The notes under the pieces are model-generated. The model had not been told where the DNA came from and ran no database searches. It worked only from the letters and a program-made list of their open reading frames with translations. The position numbers and the translations under genes were made by a program. 32,000 bases of DNA. Origin: Horticoccus luteus (GTDB lineage Bacteria; Verrucomicrobiota; Verrucomicrobiia; Opitutales; Opitutaceae). The number at the start of each line of letters is the position of its first letter. The stretch's first letter is position 1. The DNA lies in NCBI RefSeq assembly GCF_019464535.1, contig NZ_CP080507.1, positions 4,200,001-4,232,000 on the forward strand, given 5' to 3'. Below are positions 28,048 through 32,000 of this stretch, one piece after another.

Positions 28048-30386
28048 GATTCAGACGCCTCCCGTCGGAAGCCGCGCAACACCAGCGCACTGCCCGCGAT
28101 GACGAGCACGAACAGCATCACCGCGATCGCCGTCGCGCGACCAATCTGCATGTCCTTGAACATCGACGTGACCATCAGTGTGCCGAGCGTGTGCGTGCTG
28201 CTGTCGGGATCTTGCGACGTGAGCAGCCAGATCATCTCAAAGGCGTTCAACCCGCCGATCACGAGGAACACGACCGCGATCGCCACGATGTCCCAGATCA
28301 GCGGCAGCGTGATCGTGAAAAACTGCCGCACCACCGAAGCGCCATCCATCTCCGCCGCTTCGTAGAGCTGCTGGTCGATGCCCTCCATCGCCGCGAGGAA
28401 AAGCACCATGTTGAACCCACATGCCATCCACAGATAAATCGGCACGAGCGCGCCGTAGAGATTGCTCTGCGCCAGCCACGGAAAACCTGCGAAGGACTGC
28501 AGCCACTCGCTGCCGACCAAGTGACCGAGCGCAACGAGGCCCGCGTTCACGAGGCCGCCATGCGGCTCGTAGGCGCACAGCCAGAGCAGCGTCGCCGCGA
28601 TGCCGCCGAGGAAATTGGGAAACAAAAACACGCCCCGCAAAAAGCGCGCGCCAAACACACCGCGGTGCAGGAGGAACGCGAAGCCCAGCGCGGTCGGCAA
28701 AACGATCGCCGCGGGCACGACCATCAGGAAAACATTGTTGCGCAGCGCCGCCCAGAACAGGTCGCTCTCGAACAGGAGCCATTTGAAGTTGAACCACCCC
28801 GTCCACGTTCGCTCGCCCAAACCGTCCCAGCGCGTGAACGCCCAGACAAAGGAAACCGCCGCCGGCGCCAGGGTCAGCGTCGCATAGAGCGCCAGCGCGG
28901 GGCCGACAAACGTCGCCGCCACCGCCGGCCGCAACGCGCCGAAATACGATTCCTCCACGCGCGCCGCGTCAGCCCTCCGCCGCCACATCCACGCGCGCCA
29001 GCCGAATCCGCCGACGACCAGCGCCAGCGCCGCCAGCAACACTCCACCCGCCCACGGATGCCGCATCGTCACGCTGTCGGGATCGGCGGCGCGCGCGCGA
29101 TCGCGTGCCGCCGCCCGCTCGACGCGCTCGCCAAACGCCTGCGGCGTGATCCGACCGAGCATCAAATCATTGCGCGCATCGACGAGCGCCTGGCGCGTCG
29201 CCGGCGGTTGCAACGCCACCTGCGGCATGTTGAAGGCGTCGCGCGCGCGGTCGATCATGGCCGCCGTCGGCCGCATGCCCGGCGAGAATTCGCTCAACGG
29301 CACGCCCTTGACCGCCACCGGCGCGTCCACCTCGCGCACGAAACGCCGGGCGTTGGCCCGCGACGTCAGGAACCGCAGAAAATCGATCGTCAACTGCACG
29401 CGTGCCGGATCGTGCGTGGCAAAAACGATGAACGAATCCGCGCCCGCCTGGATGGTCGTCGGGTCGGCGAGGCCGTCCACAAACACCGGGAAATTCATCA
29501 CGCCGATTTCGAAGCCCACGGGAATCCGCCCCTTCATTTCGTTGAGCATCCACGAACCCGACACCGTCATGGCCGCGCGGCCTTCGAGAAAGGCGAGTTG
29601 CGCGGCGGTGTGCGTCATCCCCTCCCAACCTGTGAGCGTATCCTCCTGCATCAATCGCTGCAGCACTCCAGCGGCGCGCACGTAACGCGGATCCGTGCGC
29701 GCGCCCGGATCGCCGCGATTGAGCGCCGCCCAACCCTCCGCGCCGGCGAGATTGTAATAGGCCGAACGCAGAAATGCGTCCGGATAATTTCCATACACGC
29801 CGGTCACGCTCAGCGGCACGACGCCGGCCGTTTTCATTTCTGCACAGAGGGCAAAGAACTCATTCCACGTGCGCGGCTCCCTCCAACCGTGCGCGCGAAA
29901 CAACCCGGCGTTATAGAAAATCGACCAGCACGCGTAGGTCAGCGGCACGCCGTAAGTGCCGTGCTCCACCCGCCACGCCTCAAGCGCGCCAGGCTGAAAC
30001 GTATCGCGCCAGCGGGCGTCGCCCTCCCAATTCGGGCCGTCGAGATAAGGCGTGAGATCGACGACTTTATCCGCGCGCACCAGCGCCGGCAGCAGAAGGT
30101 CGCGCGGCAGCGTGGCGTCCGGCAGGTCGCCATCGATCAAGCGCACGCGCACCTGGTCCGTGATGCGGGGGTCGCCGTAGAGTTCGATCGTCACACCCGG
30201 GCGTTCCGTTTCGAACGCGCGCGCCGTTTCCTGATAAAAGGAAATCCCGTAGCCACCGGCGAAGACGGGGATGTCGAGCGTCGTCGCGTGCGCGCTCACC
30301 CGCAGCAGCGCCACGCTCAGGAGTGCCGTCGCCAGCGCTGCGCGCCAAACGCGTCCGCTATTAAAAAAGTGCCCGCGGCGGCTCAC
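28044..30386 (-). CDS. Fusion protein: family-1 extracellular solute-binding domain plus MalF-like ABC permease domain (780 aa)
   Basis: It is a single open frame from GTG 30386. A signal-like N-terminus (WRAALATALLSVALLRVSAHA) leads into an SBP-like region (GTYGVPLTYACWSIFYNAGLFRAHGWREPRTWNEFFALCAEMKTAGVVPLSV). A linker TM helix and a six-TM permease with EAA loop EAAEMDGASVVRQFFTITLPL follow. Confidence 0.8.
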   Translation of the reverse strand: MSRRGHFFNSGRVWRAALATALLSVALLRVSAHATTLDIPVFAGGYGISFYQETARAFETERPGVTIELYGDPRITDQVRVRLIDGDLPDATLPRDLLLPALVRADKVVDLTPYLDGPNWEGDARWRDTFQPGALEAWRVEHGTYGVPLTYACWSIFYNAGLFRAHGWREPRTWNEFFALCAEMKTAGVVPLSVTGVYGNYPDAFLRSAYYNLAGAEGWAALNRGDPGARTDPRYVRAAGVLQRLMQEDTLTGWEGMTHTAAQLAFLEGRAAMTVSGSWMLNEMKGRIPVGFEIGVMNFPVFVDGLADPTTIQAGADSFIVFATHDPARVQLTIDFLRFLTSRANARRFVREVDAPVAVKGVPLSEFSPGMRPTAAMIDRARDAFNMPQVALQPPATRQALVDARNDLMLGRITPQAFGERVERAAARDRARAADPDSVTMRHPWAGGVLLAALALVVGGFGWRAWMWRRRADAARVEESYFGALRPAVAATFVGPALALYATLTLAPAAVSFVWAFTRWDGLGERTWTGWFNFKWLLFESDLFWAALRNNVFLMVVPAAIVLPTALGFAFLLHRGVFGARFLRGVFLFPNFLGGIAATLLWLCAYEPHGGLVNAGLVALGHLVGSEWLQSFAGFPWLAQSNLYGALVPIYLWMACGFNMVLFLAAMEGIDQQLYEAAEMDGASVVRQFFTITLPLIWDIVAIAVVFLVIGGLNAFEMIWLLTSQDPDSSTHTLGTLMVTSMFKDMQIGRATAIAVMLFVLVIAGSALVLRGFRREASES

Positions 30387-30390
30387 GCGT

Positions 30391-31608
30391 TCAGGCGACG
30401 ACGACCAAGGGAAAACCGGCCTTCTTCAATGCCCGGTGCAATTCCTTGATGTGAGCGTGATCGCGCGTTTCGACCGTGCACACCGCATGCACGGCGCTCA
30501 CGTCAGGGCCGCTGAAGGCGCGGTCGTGCGCGATGTCTTTCACGCTGGCGCCGCTCGCGGCGATCACGCGGCACAATTCCGCCAGGCCGCCGGGGCGATC
30601 GCTGATCTTCGCGGTGAAGCGGGTGAGGCGGCCATCGTGCACGAGGCCTTTCTCGATCACGCGGCTCAGGATCGCTGGATCGATATTGCCGCCGCTCACG
30701 ACCAGCACGACGCGTCGCTCGGCAAGCTCCGGCAGCACGCCGGCCATGAGCGCGGCGAGCGGGGCCGCCGCGGCGCCTTCGACCACGATTTTATCGAGCT
30801 CGATCATCCGCAAGATCGCGAGGGCGATCCAGCTCTCGTCGACCCGCACCACTTTATCCAACAGTGGTCGCGCCAGCTCGAACGAACCATCGCCCACCCG
30901 CAAAACCGCCAGGCCATCCGCGAGAGTGGGCGCGCGCGGAATCGAGACGGGATGTTGCGCCTGCAACGCTGCGGTGAAACTCGCGGTGGCGACGCTTTCG
31001 ACGCCGATGATCTGCACCTTGGGTCGCAACGCTTTCACGGCAATGGCGATGCCTGCGATCAAGCCCGCGCCGCCGATCGGGCAGACGATCGCTTCTACGT
31101 CGGGGACTTGCCGCAGAATCTCCAATCCCATCGTCCCCTGTCCGGCGATGATGCCCGGGTTGTCGAAACCATGCACGTAGGTGAGATGTTCGTCTGCCAC
31201 GAGGCGGTCCGCCTCCAGCCGAGCCTCGGCGAAATCGCGGCCGTGGATGAGCACGCGGGCGCCGAGCCGGCGGCACGTGGTGATTTTAATCAACGGCGCG
31301 TAGTCGGGCATCACGACCGTCACAGGCACGCCGAGAAGTTTTCCGTGATACGCGAGCCCGAGCGCGTGGTTGCCCGCACTCGCCGCGATCACGCCGCGGC
31401 GCTTCTGCGCGGGCGACAAAAGCAGCAGGGCGTTGCGGGCGCCGCGCTCTTTGAAGGAGCCCGTGCGCTGCAGGTTGTCGAGTTTGCAGAAAATGCGCGC
31501 GCCGGTGATTTCGGAGAGCGGGATCGACTCGGGGCAAGGCGACACGACCACGCCTTTCGCAATGCGGCGGGCGGCGGCCCTGATATCCGACAAGGTGACG
31601 ACGGCCAT
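30391..31608 (-). CDS. ilvA: Threonine ammonia-lyase (threonine dehydratase) with C-terminal ACT-like domain (405 aa)
   Basis: ATG at 31608 (MAVVTLSDIRAAARRI). The PLP-lysine motif is LQRTGSFKERGA. Other motifs are SAGNHA and the Gly-rich loop PIGGAGLIAG. The C-terminal regulatory segment is RLTRFTAKISDRPGGLAEL. Confidence 0.88.
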   Translation of the reverse strand: MAVVTLSDIRAAARRIAKGVVVSPCPESIPLSEITGARIFCKLDNLQRTGSFKERGARNALLLLSPAQKRRGVIAASAGNHALGLAYHGKLLGVPVTVVMPDYAPLIKITTCRRLGARVLIHGRDFAEARLEADRLVADEHLTYVHGFDNPGIIAGQGTMGLEILRQVPDVEAIVCPIGGAGLIAGIAIAVKALRPKVQIIGVESVATASFTAALQAQHPVSIPRAPTLADGLAVLRVGDGSFELARPLLDKVVRVDESWIALAILRMIELDKIVVEGAAAAPLAALMAGVLPELAERRVVLVVSGGNIDPAILSRVIEKGLVHDGRLTRFTAKISDRPGGLAELCRVIAASGASVKDIAHDRAFSGPDVSAVHAVCTVETRDHAHIKELHRALKKAGFPLVVVA

Positions 31609-31743
31609 GGCAGGCACCGTGACCCGGCGGCGCGGTGATGGGAATGCGAAAGATGCGGGGCGAGCCCGGCGCGAAGTCTCGCGTTGCATGTCGAAGGCCG
31701 CGGGCCGACCATGCCACGCAAAATTAGCCTCGGCCGTCCACTC

Positions 31744-32000
31744 ATGTATCAGGTTACGTTTTCCGAACAGAGCATCCACGAGCTAAACCAGCTCGATAAA
31801 TTCACGCAGCTCGACGTGATCGGCCCGATCAGCAGCCTGAAGCCGGCGGATCTGGCGCATCCGCGGGAACCGCTCGGACGGTTCAAGCGCGGCGAGCAGG
31901 TTTTTTACCGGCTGCGCGCCAACGATCACCGGTTTTATTTCGAGGTGACGGGCGAGACGTTGCACGTGCGTTACATCCTGCACCGCAATTCGCTGGAAGA
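31744..32000 (+). CDS. RelE/ParE-family type II toxin-like protein, 3' end beyond the window (partial, at least 85 aa)
   Basis: This ORF is absent from the supplied track. My translation from ATG 31744 is MYQVTFSEQSIHELNQLDKFTQLDVIGPISSLKPADLAHPREPLGRFKRGEQVFYRLRANDHRFYFEVTGETLHVRYILHRNSLE. The layout F..A..L..LDK..Q ... YRLR..D.R..Y.V.....V..I.HR matches the ParE/RelE pattern. Confidence 0.55.
   Translation, partial: MYQVTFSEQSIHELNQLDKFTQLDVIGPISSLKPADLAHPREPLGRFKRGEQVFYRLRANDHRFYFEVTGETLHVRYILHRNSLE

Noticed and set aside
28191-30449. 752-aa plus-strand ORF opposite the binding-protein/permease fusion
   Set aside because: It is extremely Arg/His/Pro/Gln-rich with no hydrophobic core. The minus frame shows binding-protein and permease motifs and is translationally coupled to the next permease.
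31783-31983. 66-aa minus-strand ORF at the window end
   Set aside because: The opposite strand encodes a longer ORF, still open at the window end, with a RelE/ParE-like motif pattern. The minus-strand product has no features.

Overview
GC-rich bacterial chromosomal segment (about two-thirds G+C by eye), densely packed with coding sequence. I support 27 protein-coding genes. I found no rRNA, tRNA, CRISPR array, transposase, integrase or phage genes. Because of the GC content, nearly every real gene is shadowed by long Arg/Gly/Ala/Pro-rich antisense or off-frame ORFs, which I rejected. I recomputed start codons from the sequence, because several track ORFs begin at GTG/TTG or far upstream of the likely ATG. 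Content from left to right:
- a D-2-hydroxyacid dehydrogenase
- an ABC exporter operon (ATPase, double-FtsX permease, HlyD adaptor)
- a TonB-C lipoprotein
- a five-gene minus-strand oxidoreductase/enolase-superfamily operon
- an HtrA/DegP protease
- glycyl-tRNA synthetase
- a SWIM-SNF2 helicase
- a MATE exporter
- a 423-aa orphan protein divergent from a DUF2959 lipoprotein
- an O-methyltransferase
- a beta-propeller hydrolase-like protein
- a YkgJ/DUF4202 pair
- a Gfo/Idh/MocA oxidoreductase overlapping a GNAT acetyltransferase
- a sugar-type ABC importer whose binding protein is fused to a permease
- threonine dehydratase
- a RelE/ParE-like ORF that runs off the window end and is missing from the ORF track

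The region is mostly housekeeping and metabolic, and I see no convincing defence island. The items most worth a second look are the binding-protein/permease fusion, the uncharacterised enolase/AKR/ADH operon with its embedded acidic ORF and upstream direct repeats, the 423-aa orphan, and the RelE-like ORF with no upstream antitoxin. All family assignments rest on motif recognition by eye; no database search was run.
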